From Vicugna vicugna (taxonomy: Eukaryota): a stretch of 64,000 bases of DNA. Positions within the stretch are counted from its first letter, which is position 1. Each line of letters begins with the position of its first letter. The translations under genes were made by a program, and so were the position numbers. This document shows positions 53,150 to 64,000 of the stretch, piece by piece. The stretch covers positions 3,015,502 through 3,079,501 of the forward strand of contig MU058059.1 of assembly GCA_013265495.1 (NCBI GenBank), written 5' to 3'. Below the pieces are notes generated by a model. That model had not been told where the DNA came from. It was given only the letters and a program-made list of their open reading frames with translations, and searched no databases.

Positions 53150-54270
53150 TGTTACAGGGTTGGCCGGCCAGCGGCTGGGGGCCCCGGGGAAGCTGCTCGA
53201 GCTTCCTGGAGCTCCGCTCCCACTGACCAGGAACTGGAGGTTTTCACGTCTTCCCTCCCAGGGTCGTCAAGAGGAGCCACTGTCCATCCATCGTGTGGGC
53301 AGTGTTCAGCACGGGAGGCGGTCAGGAAACGGCCCCTCGTGAGCCACACGAAGCCTCGATGGGGAAGTCGGGGCACCGGGGATGGGCGGGGACCACAGAC
53401 GTCCGCCTCTGCTCGCCCCGGGGAGTGGGAGCCTCTGCTTCCCTGGTCGTGCGCTGGCCGCCCCCTGCCCCAATCCCCGGAGGTGGACATACGGGGAATG
53501 CAGGTCCAGCCTCTCGGCATCGCGGAAGTCGCTCCCCCATGGAAACTATTGCTGTCATGGGGTTTGCTGGGTTTGGCATCCGGCCGTGAGGCGGTGGTGA
53601 GGGGGCCTGGCGTCCGCGGAGGGACGAGCCAGGCACCCCGAGCGCCTCAGGCCGGAGGCAGCACCGGGAGGGGCCCGCCGCCCTGGGGCGGTCTCCCTGA
53701 GGAGCCGGTTGTGCCCTGTAACTGCGTGCACACTGAGCCAAGCGGAGAGAACGCGAAGACGGGGGCCGGCCTCGGCCCACGGAGGCCACTCAGCGCCTCG
53801 CCCGCAAAGCCCACGAACAGCTCCCGGGACATAAAAATAGAACCTGGGAAAAAAGTTAAGACTAACCTTTTCTCCTCTGTTCCGAGTCTGGCTCCACTGG
53901 CTCCCAGGAAGCCACGTCCAACGGCCTCGCAACGGGCGCCTCGCTCAGACCAGTATTCCCCGCGCTAGACGCCCGAGCATGCGCACACCTCGGCTGGGCC
54001 GTGTGCAGAAGCCCCGCCCACGACCCCGGTTGAAGATGGCGGAAGGGAGCCGTGTGCAGACACTGCGCCCGGCACTGCGACCTGGAGCGTGAGCAGCGGC
54101 TGCCCCGCCCCAAGCCAAGTCCCCTCCCGCTGCCCCTCCGACAAAGCAGCCCCGCCTGGCCTGCCTGGGAGCCTGCCTCCTGAGCTGAGCTCCTGCGTCC
54201 CCGTCCTCTGATTGGAGGATAATGCTTCCATGGCTTCTCAACCCAACTTGCCTCCTATTGGCTTGAACAT
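53150..54270. promoter_or_regulatory. CpG island / promoter-like element with no recognisable associated gene
   Basis: High GC and CpG density. NRF1-like GAGCATGCGCA 53975, GC boxes ~54012 and ~54103, YY1 AAGATGGCGG 54033, ATTGG (reverse CCAAT) ~54211 and ~54257, several TGCRCNC metal-response elements. Confidence 0.75.
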
Positions 54271-55444
54271 CACAAGGCAGGAGGGCCCTTGTTGGAAACC
54301 CACTTGAGACGGTCAGTAACAAGATCACAAGTGGAATTTCAGGAGTGATATGGAAATGTTTCTTCCTTACTCAGGAGGGCCCAAGATGTTCCAGAGGAAG
54401 AGGAGCCCCTCCCTGAGATGCCAAGCGGCATCCAGGGCCCATCTGGGAGGCAGGTCCTAGAAGACTGGGGGCCTTCCAGCGTCTGCTCTCCCTCTCCAGT
54501 GAAGGGGAAGGAGGGAGGGGAAGCCCCCGCTGCGTAGAGGCCTGGAACACTCAGGAGGGGGTTAGGCAGCTCCTTCGGGTGTGAACCTGAGCCCCACGGT
54601 CAGCAGACAAGCCAAGACATTAATCCAAAAGCAAACCAAGTCTCAATAGACAGTCGTCCAAGAACGAAAGCGTTCCAGCTATCCAGAAGCAGATCCCAGG
54701 GAGCAGTTAGCCCAAGAGTGGAGCCAAGGCCAAAGCCACACTGAGATCAGAAGACCAAGGTATCCCCAAAGAGCAGCAGGACTAAGGCAGACCAGAAGCA
54801 AGTCTGGAATCCACAAGCCAGGGGCCCTCGTCTGTGTGCTCATAGTGGAGCCATGCTAAATGCCCTGTAACTAGCACAACTTAAACCTTTTGCAATCTGC
54901 AGAGAGACAGAAAACAATGTTCTGGTGCCAGCATCACACCTTCTCACCTGGTGGTTGTGTGCCTTGGAACCAGCAGTGGGTGGGAGCAACAGGGCAGCAC
55001 ACCCTGTGAGCATCTTGCCATCATAGAAGTGATTTTGTTGGTATTCTTTTTCAAATAAAAAATAGTCCCTAAATGCAATTCAACCACTGTATTTGACGCT
55101 CAGTGCCCACCACCCTTACCCCACACAGTAAGTTCCAGCACAAGAGGGGGACCCAGCTGGGACTGACCCACTGAGAGGCATCATTCAATGTAATCTGGGG
55201 ATGATACAAGGATTTTCAAGGCTGATTGTAACTGTGTGTAAATTTTATCGTATGTACTGACCAGGTAACTAGAAGTTCACTCAATGTTTGGTTCCTAGGA
55301 TGCAGGGAGTGAGTGGCAGACCCCATAGGTAAAAAGCACAGGCTTTCGACAGGAACACTTAAATCTACCTAGAGCTACCTGGAATCTGCAAGGTTTAGGG
55401 TAACAAAATCTACCAAAGTCAAAGACGAATGGGTACTGCCTTCA

Positions 55445-55745
55445 GTGTGGGAAGGACAGTCTGTTCAACAAATGGTGCTGAGAAAACTGGCTATTCACAT
55501 GCAAAAGAATGAAGTGGGACCTCTACATTATACCGTATGTTAAAAAATAACTCAGACTTACATAACTGAAAGTATTACACTTTTAGAGGAAAACAGGGGA
55601 CATTTGGCAATAACTTCTTGGGTATGATACCAAAAGCACTGGCAACAAAAGAAATAACAGATAAATTGGACTTCATCAAAATGAAAAACTTTGTGTGTCA
55701 AAGGCCACTATCAACAGAGTGAAAGGCAGTTCACAGAAGTGGGGA
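55445..55745 (+). mobile_element. LINE-1 ORF2 3' fragment
   Basis: ggacagtctgttcaacaaatggtgctgagaaaactgg...gataaattggacttcatcaaaat. Confidence 0.8.
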
Positions 55746-56380
55746 AGGCAGGGGTCACACAGAGAAGGTGAGACTGACAGGATCCTGACCCTGACTTTCC
55801 CAGAGATTTTTCTTCCACCGGCTCCTCTTCCACCAGCCTTTTCTCCTAAACACGGAGCAGCTGCTTTTCCACGTCTCAAATTCTGCCCGGCTCTTTTTTT
55901 TCCTCCTTCCATCTCTGAGGTCTCTGCTCCCGACTTAGGCACATGTTGAAGGATTCTAGCACAGCCTGGACCATGACTTGGGAAGGCAGTTGGCCAGTGC
56001 TCCTGGCTCTGCACCCCATCTCATCAATCACCCTGGAGGGGCTGGGGCTGCATCCTGGCCAGCAGTCGATAGCGCTAATGGCTTCTGGCTCATTAGAGGC
56101 GGAAGAGGTCCAGCCTATGCCAGGCAGCAGCAAAGTGCTTAGCAGCCCCACTGGGCAAAGATCCTGGGAATGCTCTTGGTCGTCCCCTGAGCTCTGAGGG
56201 CAGGGCACAGCGCAAAGAGAAAACTTCTCCCTGGGCTGTGACTGCTCTGACCTGTTCCAGCCTTCTCCTCCTTCTCCTCCTCCCTGGTCCTAAAGAGACT
56301 GCACCTCACAGAGCATCATCCTGTGCAGCGGCTTTCTTGCCTGTCCTTTTAGTGGACCTATTTAAACAGTTGTCCTTCTC

Positions 56381-56776
56381 AAGAAAGAAGACACTAATGA
56401 ACTCATCTACAAAATGGAAACAGACTCACAGACACAGTAAACAAGCTTATAGTTACGGGGGGATGGTGGGAAGGGAGAGGAAGGGATAAATTGGGAGTTC
56501 GGGATGTGCAAATACTACTATACATAAAATGGATAAAAAATAAATTTCTTCTGTATAGCACAAGGAACTATATTCAGTATCTTATATTAACCTATAATGA
56601 AAAGAATAGGAAAACAATTATTTATGTGTGCATATATATGAATGAAACGTTATACTATACACCAGAAATTGACACATTGTAACAGACTATACTTCAAAAA
56701 AAAATCATTATGATGTATACTTTAAATACATACAAACTTGTCAATTATACCTTAATAAAACCTGAACAACAACAAC
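56381..56776 (+). mobile_element. 5'-truncated L1 3' end with extra 3' segment
   Basis: gaactcatctacaaaatggaaacagactcacagac...cttcaaaaaaaaa. Near-perfect TSD aaacagttgtccttctc (56364-56380) / aaactattgtccttctc (56777-56793). Confidence 0.85.
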
Positions 56777-57689
56777 AAACTATTGTCCTTCTCTACCCCG
56801 GACCTCTTGGTGTGACCTTTTAGTAGTGACCTTTGATACCCCAGCACGATTACAGTTTCACTCTGGAGCACCACACATGATCCACGCAGTGAGATGCTAC
56901 TGAGCACGTTGTATTCACTTATCCCCATCTTTTAGCAGCTGTAATGTAGGCAAATCTTCATCTCCTGTGCCATAAGAACCCAAGATCCCCAAAGCAGAAG
57001 TGGGCAATGGCAGGACTTTCCCTACCCTCTGGGCAGCACGGAACCATGACAGAACAGAATGAAAATCGGGTTGCATTCTAGCTGCATCTCAAAACCAACA
57101 GCTGAAGAAGCCCTGACTTCCCATTCTGATGTGCGGCCAAGCGTGAATCATGCTACCACATGCCCTGCCTCTCAGGTATAAACACAGGGTTTTGAATGGT
57201 TCAACTGTAGCCCCAGGATTAAAGCTGGGCTGAGTGACTTGGCGCTGAGTTAAGGCATGCCCACAATAAAGGGACTACTCTCCTCCATCAAAATCAAAGC
57301 ATAGACAGATTTCTTTTTTGCTCATGGCAGGTCCCATCTTCAGATCTATTGCTCAAAGCGAAACAAGCCCTTCTCCTCTTTGTCCTTTCAATAGCCTCAT
57401 CTCTAATGTAAGTGACTTTCCCACCTCTAGAAACTCCACATTGAAAGGACATCATTGAAATTTGCCATAAACAGGGCAAATATTTTTTCCAAAATGATCT
57501 TGATGATGAACAGGGTAATATGTCAACAACAACCACCACCCTTCCTGAAACCAACTAAAAAGTATTGAATGGTTTTTCACTGCTCCATCGCAGGGCCTTG
57601 CATCTATCCTATCTGAAATGCAAAGCATAATTGTGAAGACTTCAAACCCCATGATTCACATCCCAAATCTGGAAATTGCTGTGGGGCTT

Positions 57690-58040
57690 GGCAGTTATAA
57701 AACGTGTCATCAGATTTGAAACACTCCTCCCATCAAGAGTTGAAATCTATGTCCCCTACTCTTGGACCTAGGCCCTTTGCTCGACCAATAAACGGCAGCA
57801 GAAATAATGGTCTCAGTTTCTAGACCCAGGCCCTAAGAAACGAGCAGCTTCTACTTCCTCTCTTGGAAGTAGAAGCGCCTTCTCCTTCGTGGAGCCCAGT
57901 CACCGTGCTTTGAGGAAGCTCAGCAGCCCGTGGAGAAGCTCATGAGAGAAGTTCTTAGGCCCATGGAGCCAGCTGAGCTCCCAGCCAACAGCCAACCCTT
58001 TGAGTGAGCCATCTTGGAAGTGGACAGCTAGTCCCCAGGC
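57690..58040 (+). mobile_element. MaLR LTR (MLT1F/G-like)
   Basis: acactcctcccatcaagag..tctatgtcccct, tgaggaagctcagcagcc, gagtgagccatcttggaagtgga. Confidence 0.7.
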
Positions 58041-58599
58041 TACTATGAAAAGGCTGCTGTTTAATTTTTATTGAAGTATAGTTGCTGTACCATATTAAGT
58101 TATAGGTGATTAGATAGTGAGTCACAATTTTTAAAGGTTATCCTCCACTTACAGTTGTTATAAAATATTGGCTACATTTGGATGGCCAATTGGAATCCAT
58201 ATTGTCTTTTGTCCTCTGATCCTGAGATATCTTGCCATTTATTTGAGTCTTCCTTAATTACTTTCAACCATGTTTCGTCGTTTTCAGAGGGTAACTTTTG
58301 CACTTCTTTCATTAACTCCATTGCCCAGCACTTTATTCTCTGGTGCTGCTGTAAGTGGGCCATTCTTGCTCTCCTGGATGGTGGAGAAGCCCTCCCACGC
58401 TGAGAGCCATGTCTGACACAGGTACTCCAGTTACTTGGGAGTTTCAGATTTCTCAGGGTAGGTCTTAGCTAGTTCATAGTTAACCAACTGGAAATAAACC
58501 CCATAAGAAAGATCTTCCCCTGCCCTGGTCTAATAGGTTCGAACAACGTAAATTTACACTTTCAGGGGACTTATTTCTTATTTTAGAAAGTGCCTGTTG

Positions 58600-59537
58600 A
58601 CTGCTGCTGCCCCCTCCTTCTGCCACTCCTAGGGCTGCTCCATGTTTGTTCGGCTCCAAGCTGGTGTCTTTCTTGTGAAGCAGACTCTCCAGGGGTCCCC
58701 ATGGCCAGTGAAAACCCCAAGGAGGGAGCCATGACTGAGGACCACGATCATGTTACTCTGAAGGTGGAGGGGCAGGATGCTTCTGAGGTGCAGTTTAAGG
58801 CTCAGAGGCATAACCACTTAGTAAACTGATGAGCACCTATTGTGAACGACAGGGTTTCTCAACGAGGCAGCTCAGATTCTGACTCGCCGGGCAGCCATCA
58901 ATGAAACAGACACACCTGCTCAGCTGGAAATGGAGGCTGGAGATATAACTGGTGTGTCCCAGCAGTAGACAGGCGGCGCCTACTAAAGGGAGAGTCTGCT
59001 GCTTTACTGCAGAACCAAGGAGTCCTTCTCAACTGGAAAACCACCAATTGGCTCCACCACATCCTGGCTACCCTAGCAGAGCTTTCTCCGTTCTTCCATT
59101 TCCCCTTCCCCACGCCTGTGTTGCACATTGGGGTTATGGTATGTGCACAAGCATATTGATTTTTTTAACTAAATGGCCAGTGGTATGTTTTGATCAGCAT
59201 CAGAAGGAGATGGGGTGGTGAAAACACTGCTGCTGTGAAAATAGCCCCTTTCTCCACTACTGGCGTGTCATTCAGCTCTTTCCACACCATAAGCTCTTTT
59301 GCTTTCACTGTTAACAACAACAACAGATGAAAATTATTGCATACTTTGTTCGACTGGAGAATTTTAATGTTCCTCATTTTCACTGTTAAACCAAGAACAA
59401 TTTTATAACTTTTTTGTATGTGGCTTTTACATGCAGGGCAATCTGTCTTTAAGGACGGACTAATTACTCTAAAAAATATGAATCCCAGATAGTTTTCCCT
59501 TCACGTCCAGCATCTTATTGGTTAAATAAACTTCTTG
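58600..59537 (+). pseudogene. SUMO2: SUMO2 processed pseudogene (5'UTR, disrupted CDS 58701-58986, full 3'UTR)
   Basis: Intronless [33 protein letters not shown]...[13 protein letters not shown]...NETDTPAQLEME...Q*TGGAY*, against SUMO2 [33 protein letters not shown]...QQTGGVY. Two 1-nt deletions (~58812, ~58897), premature TGA 58880 and TAG 58966. SUMO2-like 3'UTR ends in AATAAA 59525. Confidence 0.93.
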
Positions 59538-60529
59538 GGATTTTTTTAAATTTTCTTTTTAACTTTTGTTTCTCAATTTAAGTGCAATTACCAGGAATGT
59601 GAAAAGTTGCTCACGGTGGCGTCTGCAGATCTATGTTAAATAACCTTATTTTAAAGAAAACTAAGGCAGAAATCCTCCCCGAGATGCTTTTCTTGGGAAA
59701 GAAGTCTACTCCTCGGGCTACTTCTGAACGTGCTTTCAGTCACAGCCTAGGTGGGTTTCAAGTTTCTTCTCTGTTGGGAGTAATTAGAAAAAGCATGAGG
59801 TGGAGTTCAGAAACAGAAAAGAAAGGTGATGCAAAAGAAAAAAGAGGGAGAGGAATTCTGCCAAGCAGCCTCGGGAGAGAGGGGGCTGGTAAGGCCTCTT
59901 GTACCTCCGACAGCTCCTGCGTGGGGCGGAGGCGGCCTCGGCGGAGCTCTGGTGCCCAGAGGGCGAGGCCTGGCTGCCAAACCAAGTCGAACCAAAGTGG
60001 GCTTCACTTCTCTTTGATAAAAAATTTCCAACACACAAAATAAAAAAGAATTAAGTATTTGTCATAATGAACAAACACGATGAAACCTCACATGCCCCCA
60101 TCACCCCAGATTCAAGCATCATCAACTCACGGTCAAACTCACGTCTTCTATGAACCTACCAATCCCCCACCCTCACCCCAGATTACCCAGAAGCAAATCG
60201 CAGACGTTATTTCACCCGTAAGCTTTTTTTTAAATTGAGAAATGTATGGCTATGTCTTCAAGGAGGAGTAAGCAGAATTAAAGAAAAAATATACAGCCTA
60301 AAATAGTCAAAACGATCCTAAAATTTTTGTGCCAATTATACATTTATAGCCCCAATAAAAATGAATAGTTTTTAATAATTAAATCACTTAACAATTTTTT
60401 GCTCCCTGATTTACCTGAAATTAAACAGATATGACATGTCTGGGACATCTTACTGTACACCAGAAATGGACACAACATAACTGATGGTACTTCAATAAAA
60501 AATTAATTACTTAAAAAAAAAGCCAGACA

Positions 60530-61045
60530 TGAGGTACCAGCCCAACCTCTAGGGGCGGGAGGGAGGAACCAGAGGTTGCACTCAATCATGTGGCCCCCAA
60601 TCCAGTCACTCATACATGCATAAGGAGACGCCAGTGGGCATCCGGACACTGATGCTCGGGTGAACACCCCTCCCTGCCAATCCTCTGCGTGTTGTGACAC
60701 CTTACTGTGCCAGGAGGGTGGTGCCTCCTGACAACACAGGGAGAGGACATGTGGGACCCTACCAGGTCTTGCCCTCAGCATCTCTTCTCTTGGCTGGTTC
60801 TGATTTGTATTCTTTTTGCTATAAAAAACAGCAATAAAAATAAAACCGTATTGCAATTTCCTGAGTTCTGTGAGATGTTCTGGTGAACTACTGAACTGAG
60901 TGGGGAGTGGGAACCGCAAATGGCAGCCCGTTGGTCAGAAGTGTGGAGGCCCTGGGCAGCCCTGAACCTGCAGCTGGTGTCTGAAGTGATGGCAGCCGGG
61001 AGCACAGTGCCCTCACCTGCCAAGCTTGGCCTGACCCTGTAGCTG
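60530..61045 (+). mobile_element. ERV LTR (MER21-like)
   Basis: tctcttggctggttctgatttgtattcttt, ttcctgagttctgtgag, ggtcagaagtgtggagg, gctggtgtctgaagtg motifs. Confidence 0.65.
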
Positions 61046-61054
61046 GACTCGGAA

Positions 61055-61790
61055 GTCACTGCACCATTACAAAAAGAGATTAATAAATCTGTTTAAATTA
61101 AACTCAAGCGGTTTCTACATGGCCTCCTCAGAAGATCATAAAAAGACCCAACAGAAACTGGGAAAATATTTGCCACTCATATTATGGAAAAGGACTAAAT
61201 TTTCTAACAAATAAGGAATATGTACATATTATCTAGAAAAAGAAGCTTAACCCAAAAATGAGGTTAAAAAATCTTTTAAGCTTATAAAAAGATATTTAAC
61301 ATCACTCATAATAAGAGAAATGCAAAATGATACTTTCCAAGACATGATTTTTTACCTCCCAGATTGGGAAAGATCAAAAGCTTGGATGACAAACAGCTCG
61401 TGTGAGAAGTTGGAGCTGAGTTCTCTCATTCTTTCTGGTGGATGTATCCATCTGCAAAACCACCAGGAAGAGCAGTTTGTCAAGGACTACAAACACTCCA
61501 TGCACATGGCCTTTGTCTCAGTGATGCTACTTCTGGAAATTGATCACGTGGCTGTACTTGTCCACATGTACAATGATTTATGCACAAGCCTGTTTATTTA
61601 TTTATGACAGTGTTACATCTTATAGCAAAATATCGGAAACAATCTCTATACATTCATCAGTAGGAGGGAGGTCAAATGAATCATGCAACATCCACAGGAT
61701 AAAAATAATCTGTGTATCCAAACCCTAACGTGAAGTAGGAAGCCTGTGTGTGCTTCTTTAAAATAGATAAGTGAAAAAGAGGTCATAGTA
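61055..61790 (+). mobile_element. Ancient LINE-1 (L1ME-like) 3' fragment
   Basis: aactgggaaaatatttgcc, aaaagatatttaacatcactcataataagagaaatgcaaa. Confidence 0.65.
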
Positions 61791-61829
61791 AGCAGGCAGC
61801 TGGTGGAAGGAGGGGTGCGTGAGTCGGCC

Positions 61830-62200
61830 CAGAATTCCTTAACAGAGTCCACAGGCTGAGGGCCTGGAACAAGGGACATGTATGTCTCACAGTTCTGCAG
61901 CCTGCAAATCTGATCTCAGAGCGTTGGAAGGACTGCTTTCTTCTGAGCCTCTCTCCCTGGCTTGTAGCTCTCCCTTTATCTTCACATGATCATCCGTCTT
62001 GTGTGTGTCTGTGTGTGTGTGTTAGAATCTCCTCTTCCTATAAGGACACCAGTCACTTTGAATTAGGGCCCACCCCTGTAACCTCATTTTACCTTAGTCA
62101 CCTCTTTAAAGGCCCTGTCTCCAAATCCAGCCACATTCTGAGGTGCTGGGGGTTAGGGTTTCTACAAAGGGATTGGTAGGAGGGCGATTCAGCCCCTAAC
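61830..62200 (-). mobile_element. MaLR LTR (MLT1A/B-like)
   Basis: tctcacagttctgcagcctg, taaggacaccagtcac..attagggcccaccc, aaaggccctgtctccaaat..cacattctgaggtgctgggggttagg. Confidence 0.8.
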
Positions 62201-62334
62201 AGGCTGAAAAGGAGGATAGAATATCTATGGAATATACATAAGAAACCGACAACACTGTTCACCCCCAAAGAAGGGATATGAATGGCTGGAGGCTGCGGAG
62301 GGGAGAGGTCTCATTACACATCCTTTAAAAAAAA

Positions 62335-63225
62335 AGTATCAAAGTATAGATGATTCACAATGTGGTGTCAGTTTCAGGTGTACAGCACAGTGATTCAGTA
62401 CAATCGAACTTATTCAGTAAAACATTTCTATGTACGTATTTTTTTTCTCAGATTCTTTCCCCTTATATGTTACTACAAGATATTGAATATAGTTCCTTTT
62501 GCTTTCCAGTACATACTTGTTGTTTATCTCTTTTATATATAGTAGTGTGTATTTGCTACTCCCAAACTCCTAATCTACCCTTTTCCACTTTGGTAACCAA
62601 AAGTTTGTTTTCTATGTCTGTGAGTCTCTTTTTGTTTTATAAATAAGTTCATTTATATCATTTTTAGATTCTACATATAAATGATATCATATGGTCTTTG
62701 TCTTTCTGTCTGACTTCACTTAGCATGATCTCTAGGTCCATCCATGTTGCTGCAAATGGCATTACTTCATTCTTTTTTATTGCTGAGTAATAGTCCATTG
62801 CATATATACATGCCACATCTTCTTTGTGAAGTCATCTGTCGAGAGACCCTTAGGATGCTTCCATGTCTTAACTGTAAATAGTGCTGCTATGAACGTTGGG
62901 GTGCATGTACCTTTTTGAATTAGCATTTTCATATTTTCCAGATATATGCCCAGGAGTGGGATCACTGGATCATATGGAAACTCTGCTTTTCATTTTTAAG
63001 GAACCTCCATACTGTTCTCCACAGTGGCTGCATCAATTTACACTCCCACCAACAGTGCAGGAGGGCTCCCTTTTCTCCACACCCTCTCCAGCATTTTATT
63101 ATTTGCAGACTTTTTGATGATGGCCATTCTGGCTGCTGTGAGGTGATACCTCAATGTAGTTTTGATTTGCATTTTTCTCTCAATTAGTGATGTGGAGCAT
63201 CTTTTCATGTGCCTCTTGGCCATGT
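62335..63225 (-). mobile_element. 5'-truncated LINE-1 3' end
   Basis: Reverse ORFs [29 protein letters not shown] and IPLLGIY...CTPTFIAALFT (L1 ORF2 C-terminus) plus L1 3'UTR. Confidence 0.9.
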
Positions 63226-64000
63226 GACATACCCTTCAGAACCTTCTGGATTTTGTATTACTTACATTGTGTATCAAAAGGATACACGAAATGTTAAATG
63301 TTTAAATCAAGAAGTTGAATTGGCAGGTGGGGCTTCAGACCGCATCTGGCCTTAGATGGGCAGGCTGTTTCTCTGCTGATGAAAGGACTAGTCCTTACAC
63401 TCCTCAAGGACAGCGTTTGCCTGCCTGTCACTTCTGTAATGGAAGTAAAGCTGCTGGAAGCCAGTGTTGTCACAAGATGAATGCTTCCTATTTCAAAAAC
63501 AAGCATCTGGACATTTATCTATTTTCAGAGTCCAGTTTTCTGTGACAACAGCATTTTCCCATCACTACTGTTACTGCATGGGAGAATGTGTTTGTAGCTG
63601 ACAACCATTTTACAAATAGTAAATATGGTGTGTAATGATAAATGCTCACTCAGGCTAAGAGATGTGTAATTGAACAACATTCTTGTAAGTGAACTATAGT
63701 TAAATAATATGTCTTGTATTGCCATAAGGTGGGGAATAAACTGTGCTTTAATAAATCTCAGGGATAAGAATAAATCTCCCAGTATCGCTTGGGAAGCTGA
63801 AAAGAGGTAGCGTGCAGACAACAGGACTGGTAAATACACCCCAAAGTGTTGCGAGGGATAATGACAGCAACTAGTAAGGGGTGCAGTTGTTCAGCGCTAG
63901 ATGTCTGCAGAGTGCTATGACACAGAGCTCATTTACTTCTTGTAACTACTCTTTGAAGCATAAATTTTGACTCATATTTTACAGATGAAAAATGTGAGTC

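Noticed and set aside
53049..54328. Long ORFs within the CpG island
   Set aside because: Pro/Arg/Gly/Ala-rich translations typical of stop-poor GC-rich DNA; no Cys-rich metallothionein-like or other known product.

Overview
Mammalian genomic DNA, probably camelid: a tRNA-Ala-derived Vic-1-type SINE is present and I saw no Alu, Bov-A or PRE-1 elements. Bases 1-~19.4 kb hold the 3' half of MTCL1 (SOGA2/KIAA0802, microtubule crosslinking factor 1) on the + strand. Five in-frame coding exons are followed by a 57-nt stop-containing cassette exon (NHTVLLTAPWGL*), a last exon encoding an alternative 64-aa C-terminus, and a 3'UTR with AATAAA at 19335. The rest is repeat-rich intergenic DNA (LINE-1s of several ages, MaLR/ERVL LTRs, MER DNA transposons, L2/MIR). 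It also contains a decayed SUMO2 processed pseudogene (~58.6-59.5 kb) and a CpG island (~53.2-54.3 kb) with no recognisable gene. The best lead is a tight cluster of near-consensus MTF-1 metal-response elements, with NRF1/YY1/Sp1/CCAAT motifs, in that island. Repeat family names and comparisons to human sequences are from memory, not database searches. Repeat boundaries are approximate.
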